This document shows, in pieces, positions 47,922 to 60,982 of a stretch of 64,000 bases of DNA (positions are counted from its first letter, which is position 1; each line of letters begins with the position of its first letter). Made by a program: the position numbers and the translations under genes. A model generated the notes under the pieces. It was not told the origin of the DNA and made no database searches. It saw nothing but the letters and a program-made list of their open reading frames with translations. The stretch is from the NCBI GenBank assembly GCA_020536535.1, contig JAHLWZ010000225.1, forward strand, positions 1-64,000, read 5' to 3'. This DNA is from Pelomyxa schiedti (Eukaryota > Protista > Evosea).

Positions 47922-50245
47922 TTAGCCTAAGGATCGGTACCACAGGTCAAGTTCCGCAGCAAAAGCACCTGGTCCTACAAGTGGCTTGCATTCATTTACA
48001 ATGAAATCTGCCGGCAACCCCAGCCTCTTTACTGTGTAGGCGGCATTATGGGCCGAAGCTGTCACAATGGGCAGCAGATACTTCTTGGTGACTTCAGCTT
48101 CAATTTCCGGGAACTTGTTCAGAATCATCCTACATGTGGATAGGCTAATGTAACTTAGGTCTTCATACCAAGTCCATTGGTTATAGCACTCGAGAAACTA
48201 AGTGATTTGTTAAATGGAATGGAAAGGAGGATACTGTTCTGTTACCTCTTTGAGGGAGATGTTAAAGCGGTCAATAAGCCAAGAGCAGCACCCACGTTTA
48301 TTGTTTTCCAGCATTGTCTTCATAAGTCTGATTCCATTGCACCTGATGTGCGCGGATGTGAGATTGAAGTATGATATGATCCACTTCACAACTTTCGAGG
48401 AGGAAATTGTTGTAGCGGTGCTAAGGCAACTGGCAACAAAATCTGCAGAGAGAGTGAACTTGGATACAAATACCTTCACATCAGGCAAGTGCCAACTGAG
48501 CATGGTTACAAAGGTGGATTTCAACAGTTCACTGTGCTCAAGCTGTTGCAGGCCTGGAAGCAAGGGAAATTCATACAGAACAAACATGAGGGTCTCCGGA
48601 GCTAACTTGGATGCTATCTCTTCGACGATAACTAGCAGTGAGGCTCCTTCCAACTTCCTCTCAAGGTGACAAAGAACCCACTTGAGGGAACTAATGCTCT
48701 CAACACATTTCTTACAAAGCTCCACCACATTACAGGGATTTGAGTTGATAGAGGCCATAATGTGGCGGGTACCTTCAAGGAAGTTTGCAACAGAGATGTT
48801 TCCATTGGCCAATGCACGGCAGAGGCAATTCTTCAGAGCGTCACAAGGAAGGGCCACCTTTTCACACAGCAGGCATACGAGTTCTACATTGTCATGGTGG
48901 TTCCCACAGGCCTGGTTCACGGTCTCCACTGTGGGTACTGCTCCACCCTGAATGTGCCACTCAACGTGCTTCAAGCTCTGGATTTCTCTTGTAGCTACTA
49001 CGCAGTAGGAATTCAAGATTTGTTCCGTTGGTGTGATTTTTGCAGATTCAAAAATCCAGTGTCTCATAGCAACGTTGCTCAGTTTCTCCAGAGAACTCGG
49101 CATCACAGAACCCCACATTAACGATACTACAACATCCTGCGCCAATTCTGGAGAACACTTCTCGTTGTGCACCAGGGTGTCCACTATCTCTTGCTCCAGT
49201 AAAGAACTGTATGCAGAGTGGAAGTGGAGGGTGGCCCAATTGATAATGCCAGGGTCGTTGCCCATTGCGCAGGCGTGGAGGCCGCAAAAGCAACACTTCC
49301 CCGCGTAACTATTTAAGGCCTCATCGAGTCCAAAAGTAGACACCAGCCACTGGGCTATCTCCAGATGCCCATTTGCCAGAGCCGCCTCCAGAGGTTGGTA
49401 AAGTTCCCACGGCTGCTTGATTCCAAACCTATCCACAGCCCACTGGAGTGCATCCAAGCTCCCAGCCTCGCACACAGCGTCGAGAATGTGGTGATTCCCC
49501 TGCATGTCTTCCACCAAATCAGCATCATCCCCAACAGGCCACTTTACACAACATAAGCAACAGAAGCAATTCCCACACTTTGCTCCTTTTATCATTCCTC
49601 CTCCTTCTGTCTCTGTTGGTGGGAACAACAAAACCAAAAACAAAAAACAAAAAACAAAACAAACAAAAAACAAAACAAACAAAAAACAAAACAAACAAAA
49701 AACCCAGTTAGCTTACTGCATAGATACATATCAGTAAATCAACCATTTCCATCACGATGGCCTATGCTTCCCCCCAGACACGGAGAGGCGCTGCAGCAAC
49801 AGCAACAACGACAACAACAACCATCAACAAAGCACCTTGCGGACGCCGCGTGGCCGCCGTCGCACAGGCCGCACAGCACCGCCGCGCACTCCATCCCGCG
49901 GTTCCTGGTCGGCTTGCGCCCCAGCACCCAGTTGACGCACCTCCAGCTGTGCGCCTGCGCCGCGCACCGCGCCGCGAAGTAGCGGCTGTGGCGGCCCAGC
50001 AGGGGCAGCGAGACCGCGCGGCGGCACGCCAGCCCGACCAGCGGGAACATGGCGTCGGCCGCGCGGAACAGCCCCACGGCCGCCTGCACCGCGTCCACCG
50101 GGCGCCCCGCGTAGCTCGTCGTGGCCGGCAGGGGGTCCTCGAGGGGAGAAGAAGGGGGAGGGGGGTCCAGCCACCCCGCGCTGATCACGTGGTCCCACAC
50201 GATACGGCACAGGAACAAGAAGCCTTGCTGCTGGGTAACGTCCAT
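47922..50245 (-). CDS. Ankyrin-repeat-like protein of the same orphan family as 21471-22712 (3 exons)
   Basis: LCRIVWDHV and DAMFPLVGLAC N-terminal motifs; VCEAGSLDALQWAV, ALANGHLEIAQWLV, ALANGNISVANFL. Introns near 49613-49742 and 48195-48242. Confidence 0.8.
49628..49702. repeat. Intronic (A)nC microsatellite-like tract (TTTG/TTTTG on the gene strand)
   Basis: aaaacaaaaaacaaaacaaac repeated. Confidence 0.85.
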
Positions 50246-50426
50246 GGTCTACCTCCTTTGTTGTGCTTCTCTCGTATGCTGGTTCTCGTATGCTAGTGGT
50301 TGGTACTGTGGCTGTACGGACAACGACAGTTGGGTGGGCGACTTTCGGGAAGCCAGAGAGGGGCAATTAGGAGTCGATTGTGGATCTAAATCCAATCTAA
50401 ACCCTTCAGTTGCATTGCCAAGGAAG

Positions 50427-51573
50427 ATGGCGGACACCAACACCAACGCAGATGCGACACCCACCGCCCCTACGACGACGACGACTGCAGCGAGTGCAGC
50501 CGCGCCGTCGGTAGTGGCAGCGACGTCGGCGTCGGGGGAAAAATCAACTGTGGTATCAACCACTGCTTCATCGTCCCCGGCGCAGGAGGAAGAAGAGCAA
50601 AAAAAGGTTGAAGAGGAACAGCAAAAAAAGACTGAGGCGGAGAGCCAACCGTTGGTGTCACCTTTTGGTCATGCCTTGCCAAAACCAATTCAGTTTAAAG
50701 ACCGTGTGTGGCAATCCATGTCATTTTCCCCTCTTCTTACTTTGTTTTTGTTTTTCTGTTTTACTTTGTTTCGTGTTGTTTTTAAAAATAAAACGAAACC
50801 AAAAACAAAACAAAAAAAAAACCCCACAACAACGTAACGCAACTAATTACTTATACTGCATTTATAAATATATGACGTATGTTTGCAGTACCAGAGGCAC
50901 CTAGTTCAGCAACTAGAAGAGGAATGGGGGCTAGAGGAAGGGGACTTGCTGTACCTCGCCATGTTGCAACGATGGCATCTGAGGATCCCTCTGTGAGAGC
51001 ACAACGCGCACAGAGATTCGGTATTCCAGTGCAAGAACCGCAATCCGAAATTCCACATCCACGCAATAGGGTACTTCCTTAAAACTGAGTAATTAATTAA
51101 GTGTAAGCCGGAGATATAATATTCTGAACACACATACAACTGACAAGCACAGCAGGCACCATTCCCATCACCCCAGAGACAACCCAAACAAGCACTGGCA
51201 GATACCGTCGTTGCAGAAGATGCCGAGCGCAGACGTAAGCGCATAGAAAGATTCGGTCTTCCTCCCGACGTTGGTACCAATGCCAAGCGCCCCCGTACCC
51301 CTGAAAAAGTAATTCTCCCCCTCCAAACTGCATCTCTTTATGTTCCTAATATCTTGTAGCAGACTGATTCCAAGCCCGTGACTATCCCACAAGAAACCAA
51401 TGACAACAAGACTGTACCTCCCACAAATACAACACAACCAGCTAATCAAACAGAGGAGACCCCCAAACCAGCACCGTCCACCACTGAGTAAAGAATTCAA
51501 CGTTAACAAACTGTTTCTCTTTTTTTTTTCTTTTAAAGTCTCTCCAGTGGAAGTGAAAAAGCATAGGTCCTAG
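50427..51573 (+). CDS. Tho1/MOS11/SARNP-like protein (tandem R..RFG motifs)
   Basis: VRAQRAQRFGIP and AERRRKRIERFGLP in a low-complexity multi-exon gene; no SAP domain seen. Confidence 0.55.
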
Positions 51574-51645
51574 TTCTTATACATATACAACAACAAAATT
51601 TTCAAGGTTACTTTCTCACACCAAGCTCTGGTTCTGACTGCCTCA

Positions 51646-53079
51646 CTAGCACTCAGAATTGGTTTTTCCTTTCTCTTCACCCTTCCCTGCATTATCTTTC
51701 TCTTCATCGTTATCTTCTTCCCCCCCTTCAATGTTGATAATAACTTCATCATCACTGCCACTATGCCGCCCATTCCCACTGCTCTCTTTCACTTCAGCAC
51801 TACGTTGACGGGAATCTTCCACAGTATCCCCTGCCACTGCTACTCTTTTTGCATTGTCTGGCTGCTGGTGCACTTCAGCTGGCAGTTCATTCAATTCTAT
51901 CTGACCACATCCAGCTAAATCTTCAGCAGAAGGTTTTTTCGAGAGTTTCTGCAAAAAGGTACCAATTTTGGTTTTCTGTGGATGATATTAAGGAGTGTAC
52001 GATTTGATTGTCATACCAGTGGACTAAAGTAGAACAATAGTCCAAGAAGGATGAACAATTGAATTCCCGAAACCAGTTGAGGGAGCCATGTGCTCCATGT
52101 ATCTTTTGCAACAAATATCATAAAACCAGCACCAATAAGTGTCCCAGGAGCAAAAACGCACACCATCGGTAGGGACAGTGTACGTGCTGCCTTTTGAACG
52201 TGAGTTCGCAGGTAATGAGGGGCACATAAAACCTTAGTCCAAAAGGTTGTCCATATTTGGGGTGCCCACTCTACAACAGTAAGTAATGCGGCAAATATTC
52301 CAAGCCCCTTGGCGAGGTATATTGTTGGGTCTGCACAGGGACCAAGGTACACACTACACAGCTGAGAAAGAATATGAAAGAGGTGGAAAAACCTAAAAAG
52401 AACGCCTACAGTGGCCATCACTGCGAAGTAAAACAAAAATCCAAGCAAACATAAAACCCCAAATGTAAAGTGCTTGGGGTTCCTCTTGGGGGTCTTAAAG
52501 AACATAACCCAATACACCAAACTTATTTTAAGTGAGTTGGAATTGCCATACAACTAATGACGGTCGTACAAAGGGAAACAAAATATCCACGACAAAAAAT
52601 TTTGCCATAAAGAAAACAATGATGGCATGCATTCATTGATACCCTTTTGAAAGATAAATAAGACACGAAAAATGGATAACATACCACAATTCCACAAGCT
52701 TTAATTTGTAGTTGCTTAAGCAAAACTATGCAAATGGTAAGTGGTTATTTTCATCGTAAGAGATACATGTGTTGGCTGCTACAGAAGATAGTTTTATATT
52801 CTGCATAAGTAGTGATGTCATACTCACTCCTTCGTGAGTTCTTTTTTTGAAAAATTTCACATGCTAGCAGGCACATGTTAAAGAATATAGCAGGGACATA
52901 CTGCACATTTGGCAGTGGGGTACCTGTGGCAAGACAGCAAGCGCTACTGCAGCAACAATAATTGAGTACATTATCTTCTTCTGTAAGCTCATATCCACGA
53001 GAATATTCATCCACTGCTCGTACTCCGAACCCGATGTGTCAGGGTCCTCAGGGTTGTGTTTGCATGGATCAAGCGACAT
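51646..53079 (-). CDS. PQ-loop repeat membrane transporter with acidic C-terminal tail
   Basis: Two PQ motifs (ALAVLPQ; VEWAPQIWTTFWTKAARTLSLPM) and several TM helices. Confidence 0.8.
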
Positions 53080-53672
53080 TTTATGGAAGTGATCGTGGTG
53101 CTTGTATGCTTGTCGTCGTCGACCTCACAGATCAGAGATCGCGTCTCAGATGATTCTAGTGACCCACAACGGCAACAAAGGGGCCGTTGTATGCAACCAG
53201 TCTCAACGCCCGTTACGTAGATCCGCAGGCACAAAAAACCCAATGCACAAGAGCGATACTATTTGTCGTTCCTCTCAAGCACCAACACTACGGTAGATCT
53301 GAGACCTCAACCTCCCCTTAGCCTTTGTTTGTTTGTTTGTGCCCAGTGTCGTCTAGTGCTCACTTACTTCAGGTCGATCAAAAAGTTGCAAGAAAGAAAA
53401 AATTCGAAGCGGGATTCCCTTTTTCCGAACTTTCTTCTTGCCATCGGTATACCTTATATGGTGATTGGGGGAATGATCAGAGTTGTCCATAGCGGTACCC
53501 TATGCGCCTTCACTCCGGCCCTCGTACGGTGAAGGGGCAGTTGGAAGCTGATTGGGTGCGCAAGAGCGCATTTGATGAATCAAAGAGCAAATTCTGGGAA
53601 GAGACCATCGAAAAAATATTTCTCTGATCTTCCGAAACGAACTAAAGAGTCGCGTACGGCTGGATCTTGCTG

Positions 53673-56600
53673 ATGTCGTCTGAGTATCAACCGCCCTCAC
53701 ATCTGTAGTTATTCTCACTATTTTGAACTCAGACCTCAAAGTGGAGCCACTGTCGACGTGCCCGAAAATGACGCGAGTAAGCCAACCCATAACTTCTTTT
53801 TTTCCTCCCCTCCCTTACATTCAAGCACTCGTGCCTATTTATATTTCGCAATGCTGTTAATAGTATTATCACTTTCACTTCTGACAAGCAGCAATAAAAG
53901 CTAGAGGTAAATGGAACGTAGGGGGCACTGCCAACCCCTCTACCGTTGCAGCTCGTAGACGTTCAGTACAAGCACATCAACCTCCTGCTGTCCTTTTTAA
54001 TGCTGGAGGGCACAGAGGCACACCTGCTACACCTGCAGAAAGTCCTCCTGTTGTGAAGAAAAAAGTTGAACTGGCATCTATTGAAGTTGCCATTAAGGTT
54101 GCCTCTGTTAATTTCGTGCTTTAACACTGATTAGGACTTGGATCAACTCCAGCATAATCTCACTCAATTTTATCAAGCCACCAGAAAACAATTGAGTAGC
54201 CAACAATGTACTGACATTTTTTTAAAATCTGTATATGCCATTGATTTCCCTTTAGCTTGGATTGAGGAAGCAGGAAATGCCGCCAGATGGGCTTCTGATT
54301 TGTCAGCAGACTCCTCTAAGAGTGAATACTTCCCCACAACAACCGACATAAGTATGACCCCTATTTTTTCCTTTTTTCTTTTCTCACTGTGAATAGCATC
54401 CACTTTTATAGAGGCAGCCAATACTGCCAAACAATTCCATGCGAATTTTCTACCCCGTTTGGTATTTTCTCATGAATTTTCTCTATCTGTAACTCGTGTA
54501 TAGAAGGTGTCGCTCAGTGAGCTTGGTGCAATGGAAACTTTTTCTGCTAAGAATATACAATTGCACAAAGTACTTCCTACGTCTTCTTTTTTTTTTTTTT
54601 TCGTTGTGGCATCATACAACACGACCAGAGCAACACCCCCACTCCCGCTTCCTTTATTGAGATGTTTTAGGCAATGTGGCAAGGAGTGCAACTTCCCAAA
54701 GACACATATGAAACTGCTAATGCAAAATTGTTGGCGGCCCAAAAAAAGGGAAAGTCTGTTGATTTAGCAAAACTTGCCGAGGTACAGAGCACTTATAAAC
54801 TAGTGAGATTAACAGGGGGAACAAAATATTTTTAGGCACAACAAGAGCGTGAAACATCTTATGCTGCTTATTCAAAGAGTTATGATGAGGTGTACGATGA
54901 AGGACTGGGCTTAGCTAACAGGCATGTTTTGGTTCCCATTTCCTAGTAGTCATACACAGTAGGACTATTGCCACGGCCTTAATCCAACTGTGCAATAACT
55001 TTGATGGTTTCCTTGATTCCCTTAAAAAGTTACTCTCTTTTCTTCACTTCTTTTGGCTTAGTACCGCAGTTCTGTCCAAGCTATGGAGGAAATTAAATCC
55101 CAAATTCAAATATGGAGACAACTAGCAAAGGAGGTTTGATACACCTGCAACTTATCATACTTACTGTAGAAGAAACTTGCCGAAGTCTCACACAAACCTC
55201 CTGAGGAAACTATACTCCCAAAGATTCCCAGGGAGGAGGTCTCTAATGTAGACGTATCTTGGCAACGATTTATAACAAAAGAAAAAGAATACTGTGAATC
55301 ATTGAAGACAATCAATCAAGTTCACAGAAATCCTTTACTCCTTTTTTTTTACCTGAGCTTTAGAATTACCTTGCAAATATTCTGAAGGATGGCTCCCTCT
55401 TCAGTGAGATCACCAAAGAGCAAGTGGGTATCATTTTTTGCAATGTTCGTCATATCATGGATTTCCATACAGCCCTTGTGATTGGGCTATCATCACCAAA
55501 CCCTGCTTCCGTTTTTATGGAAGAACTGGTGAGATTTAATGCTGGTAATTATTCTCTAATTTGTGCATCAGCCCAAACTGTGCGAATTATATGCCGGATA
55601 CATATCAAACTTTGTGGATGCACAGCACACACTTAGCACATGTCAGTCTTCATCAAAAGTCTTCTCCCGAGTTATCAAGGTTTGTTTTTTTTTAACAAAA
55701 ATGTTGTATTCCCTACTCCCCTCTGTTGTGTAAATTGTTCATATGCAAATAAGTCAAAACTTTGCAGGAATTGGATGGGAAGAGCCTCAAGGGTGACCTT
55801 CGTACACTACTTTCTGCTCCACTCACCCGTGTCCGAGATTATTATTTGTTTTTTGAGGTTTTTCTTCTTTCCCTCTTCAACTTAGATTTAATGTCGAAAG
55901 AATTACTCAACGGAAATCGGCGAAACGGACCCCATTCTGCAAGGCGTTGAAACACTGCACGAACTTTCTGAGCTGGCTGACATGGCAAGATTCACTCATC
56001 AGGTAGCCAAGTGCACTGTTAAATGTGATCTACCTATCCTTCTAGACAGCTCTAGTATCAAGTAATGTAATTGGATGGCCTGATGCGTACCCAGTACCTC
56101 CAGGAAGACGATTCATCATGCAAGCCTCCCTTGTCTCAAAGGAGCATGGTGCTGTTCGAGTTATGCTTTTCAGGTTGGGTAAATAACAACTTGTCGCTCT
56201 AACAAAGTGCAGTGATATTCTTGTGATTTCAAAGCAAGTTACGGTAAAATCCAGCATAAAACTTCATTTCATCACTTCGACGCCACTACAAACGCTGTCA
56301 ATAAAAGAAATTCCTGACATTTCTGCATGTGAGTACCGTTTTATTTCCTATCTCTTATTTTTTCCATTTTCCAGCAATGCACTACTGTCTTCAAATCGCA
56401 GACCCTCAAACATTGATGCAGTTTGCTACAGAAAATGATGTAATAAGACAAGAAATTATAACTCAAACAAGTAAGGCAAGGGCAAAGGGTCTTCAAAAGA
56501 AAGGTGCTCCACAAATTTTTTCTTTCCATCTAACTTTCGATAGTGTTTCACGTCACTTTAAAAGAATTGATGACCACAAAAAGGGAAGAAGGAAGAGATG

Positions 56601-58572
56601 TACCCTCTCTCGTGGAGTCAGCTGTCTCTTATCTAGAGCAAACCGGTTAGCCAGAGTTTTTCTATTGTTATTTTGTAAAAGAAATAGCTTTATCTGTGGA
56701 GGGTCTATTTCGTGTATCAGGAGATGCAAACCAAATTGAGAAGTTGCAAACAAAAGTAGAAGAAGAAGGCTAGGATCCTTTGTTTATATTTTTAGTAATC
56801 TTTTCTTTCTTGCTTTTTTCCCTTTCAGAAATTGCGCTTTCTTTTGAGGGAATGGACCCCCACCTTGTCTCTGGAATCCTTAAGAGATTCATACGTTGTC
56901 TTCCAGAACCTGTGCTTACCTACGCGATGCAGCCCGATTTTATAAGATGCGGAGGTAATTATTAGCTGGGCTATACTCAAAATGACCAGTATTTTCTAGA
57001 GGAAACTGATGTAGACCTGCGTGTGAAACAGCTTAGTCAACTTGTGACTGCTCTCCCAACAGAACACAAGAATATATTGCAATACTTGACGAAGTTTTTC
57101 TATGCTATTTCCTTGAATGAAAGCGAAAACAAAATGAACGCCAAAAACCTAGCAATTGTATTTGCACCCCATTTCCTCAGAAGCAAGGTGACACAGAAAA
57201 TATGATTCTAAATTTTTACATTTCATTCCAGACTGTTGAGGATTTCCGAATTACTAGTGGCGCATCCTTTATTGTTGTACAAACACTCATTGATTATTAC
57301 CCGACTATCTTCCAGGTTATTCTGCATGATTCATACCTTATTACCCTCACTTTACCCAGAACATAGAGAACCAACGGAACGATGCCTCCAAACGCATGAA
57401 GGGTGCGATATTGAGACGGTTTGTGGCATTTATTACTTCCATTACAGTAATGGGGATAAAGTTCTGTAACCAAGGTTGGGGATATGTCAGAGTTTCAAGA
57501 TGTTGAAAGTCCCAAAGACGATTCAGGTTAGTAATCCATTTGTGTAGTGGGATTCTTATTCCTTAGGTCTCATTCTCAGTTTGTCTGAGATCGTGAAACA
57601 GGGGTTCCTCTCAAAAAAAGGGAGCCAGAGGCGGAATTGGACGAACAGGTGGTTTGTACTGAAGAAGAACTACTTGTATTATTTCAAAACCAACAAAGTA
57701 ATACACATTCTGAGCTGTACTTTATTTAATGTTCCTAGGACCGAGTTCCCAAAGGTGTTATCAACATTCAGGGATGTGATGTTAGACAAGGAGAGAGTGC
57801 CAATAAACAATACAGCTTCAACCTCACTGCTTCCGATGGCCGCATTTACATAATCGCAACGCAGACAAATGATGATTGCTTGGCCTGGGTGAAAGCCATC
57901 ATTTCGTGTTCACAGTCAACAGCAACACCTTCAGTACCAATACCCGCTTCAACAACACCTATGATATCCTTCACTCCACCCTTATCAACAACACCCTCGA
58001 CACCCCCAACCACAGCCACTGTCTCTGTGTCAAGCTCACCTACTCCACCAATCCCATCCACCACACCTGTAAATAACAATGCATCCAACACACCACCACT
58101 GCCTCACCACAATGCGGATAGTGGCGGTGATACCACCGACGCTACCACAGCGAAACCTAAGCCTGTGATCATATCCTCAGGTAACAGCAGCCTTAGAGTT
58201 GCACCCGTCAAACCGCCACACCCCATATCCAGCATCAGCTTCACCGCACTCCTACACAAAGAGGATTCGCAAACCTCACACAGCACCGGCTCTGACAGTG
58301 ATAGGCAGGCTAGGCCAAAACCACCATCACCAAACACACAACAAGCATCAACTCCCCAAACACCACACAGCACACCGGCATCCGCCACAACTGCAGCGCC
58401 GGCTCTGCCTCCCCGCAACTCGACACCCACACCACCACCACCGCAATCACAACCACAAACAACCACCGCCCAACTAGAGTTATCCTCATCAACTACATCA
58501 TCACCACTCAGCTCGAGAGGGCCAATACCCTCCAAGGCGCTGCCCAAATGGCCACCAACATCTTCTTCTTAG
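53673..58572 (+). CDS. BAR-like - RhoGEF (DH) - PH - RhoGAP - PH - Pro-rich multidomain protein
   Basis: BAR-like YETANAKLLAAQKK..KLAEAQQERE; DH EKEYCESLKTI, IFCNVRHIMDFH, LLSAPLTRVRDY; GAP VEGLFRVSG, DPHLVSGILKRFIRCLPEP, NKMNAKNLAIVFAP; PH KQGFLSKKGSQRRNWTNRWFVL..WVKAI. Confidence 0.85.
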
Positions 58573-58782
58573 ACACTCAGCTTCACTGTAACCTGTGAAG
58601 GTGTGACCATAAGAGGCAAAAGTTCCTCATCGAAAAATGTTTCTTTGGAAGCCCACAAAACACTGTATTGGCCAATAGGTTCTTTTGTCCCCCGCCAATC
58701 GCCAATGCAACCTTTGAAATTGATTCGAATGCTGATCAATTTCGGGGAACCAGGCAAGACTTACAAAAGTTGAATCAAACAA

Positions 58783-60808
58783 ATGGACGGCTTGACGGAT
58801 GGATGTGTGATGGTTGCGTGTTGTGTCGCTGTTACGGCGGTAAAGGTGCTTCTGATGATGCCTTCTTAGTGCGTAATTTTTTGCAGCTAGTAACAGAGAC
58901 TGACCTTTGTTTTTTTTTTTTTTTTTGTTCGATGTCGTTCAGCCGTAGCACGGATTTTGAAGTTCACCGTAACTGGATGGCGGTTACTTATAATCACCCT
59001 GTATCAGAATGGTACTATGTGGACCAACCTTCTCCTTGGACTTTGGATTACCCGCCTCTATTTGCTTACTTTGAGTGGGCTTTGTCATTTCTGGCGAGAG
59101 TGATTGACCCTTTGCTTGTTACTGAGCGGTCCCCAACAGAAGCTGAAGAAGATATCTTGGAGCACAAACTTAGTATTGTTGGATTTATGAGATTTTCTGT
59201 GATTGCTACGGACAGTGTTCTGTTGCTAGCCTTGTATTGGTGACTCTATTTTATTCCTTCTGTTTCACTGCTCAGTGGTCATAGGTTCTCCAAGACTCTC
59301 TACCAACATCACAAGCAAAAACCAACAGTTTGGAGCCCTTCTTTGGTTGTATTTGCTTTGGTCGCTCTCAACCCTGGATTACTGATCGTGGATCGTATTT
59401 CTCTCACAGCTGGATGAACTGAAACTTTACAAAATTCTAGATGTACACTTTCAGTACAATGGACTACTTTTTGGAATTCTTATTGCAGCTTTTGCTGCTG
59501 CAGCAAGTGGTAGAGATCTCCTGTGCGCACTTTTGTTTTCGATCCTGTTGAATTTCAAGCATATATTTATTTACATGGCCCCTGCTTTCTTCATCTACTT
59601 GCTTCGGCACTATTGCTTTACTCAAAATATTACAGGTGAAACCCATTCAATTATCTTGAGATCTCAATTCTTTATCTATATATAATTCTCATTGTTGTCA
59701 TAGTATTCATCCCTTGATGAAAGGTTTGAGATCATTGAAGTTTTTGAACCTCATCTCGCTTGGCGGAGTTGTGTCTTCAACCTTTATTGCATCCTTTTCA
59801 ATGTTTTTGTGGGACTTACCACAAGTTTTGAGGCGACTTTTCCCTTGGGGAAGGGGACTTTGCCACGCTTACTGGTAAACATTCTTCTGATTTGCAATTA
59901 CTATTTTCTGATGATTGCCCATAGGGCTCCTAACTTTTGGGCTCTTTACAATATCGCTGACAAAATTCTTAAAATCAGTGGGTGTTGGCTTTATGACATC
60001 CAGATCTAATTGTCATCGTAGTTTACAGTAAAATGGGCCTAGCAGTCGTGAACACTACAGCACTCATGACAAGTGGAACAGTAGGCACTGAACAACAATT
60101 GCACTCAGTTCTTCTTTCCCCAACTCCAATGATAACACTTACTCTGACGTGCATAGCTCTTGCTGTATGGCCTCTCACTTTGTCCTCCTCACTGATCTCT
60201 TAAGATACCGATGGTCAAGTTGTGGAGGAACCCAACTCCCACCCAACTTGTCATGGCAAGTGCACAGTGCTCTTTGTGCTTCTTTGTTTTTGGCTGGCAC
60301 GTTCATGAAAAGGCCATTCTGATGGCAGTCATCCCTCTATGGTGTGCCTTGCTATCTTGTAATCAACTAACTTCATTTGGTTAGTTTGATTTCGCTCACA
60401 AATGCGAAGTACTTCCGACTGCATTTTGTTTTATCAGTAGTCGGGCACTACTCTTTATTTCCCTTGCTATTCACGCCAATGGGTAAATAACCGACGCCTA
60501 TTGAAAACTTTACCTTTTCCCAGAGGGCCCTCTCAAATGGGCTTTACTGATTTTCCATTCTCTATTGGCATACAACCTCATGCCATCCTTCAGGTTGGTG
60601 GGGTTTCTGTTTTGCTTCTAACTAACGCCTCCAAAGATTGAAGGTCATGGACCTGTTTGCTGTTTTTGGCATTTTCGCTGTCCAGTTTATGATTTTGGCA
60701 CTTTCATTCTTTGGGTCTAACTCACTCCCTTTCCTCCCTCTTATGCTGGTATCTGGCTACTGTGCAATTGTTGTTGTGAGTTGCTTTGCCGCCTCACTTT
60801 GCCTGTGA
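58783..60808 (+). CDS. ALG8: Dolichyl-P-Glc:Glc1Man9GlcNAc2-PP-Dol alpha-1,3-glucosyltransferase
   Basis: [81 protein letters not shown]. Confidence 0.93.
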
Positions 60809-60982
60809 TCCTTCTGGTTTTGGGACAATAGCACCTCAACACATTTTCACAGTGTGATGTAACAGAATTATCCCCAAAAACCGAGGCCAGTTTCTTTTTG
60901 TGTGAGTCACACTAGGTTAGTTTATCAATGAGATTTGCAGATCATTTTCCTTTTCTCATAAGAAAAAACAACAACGATTTAA

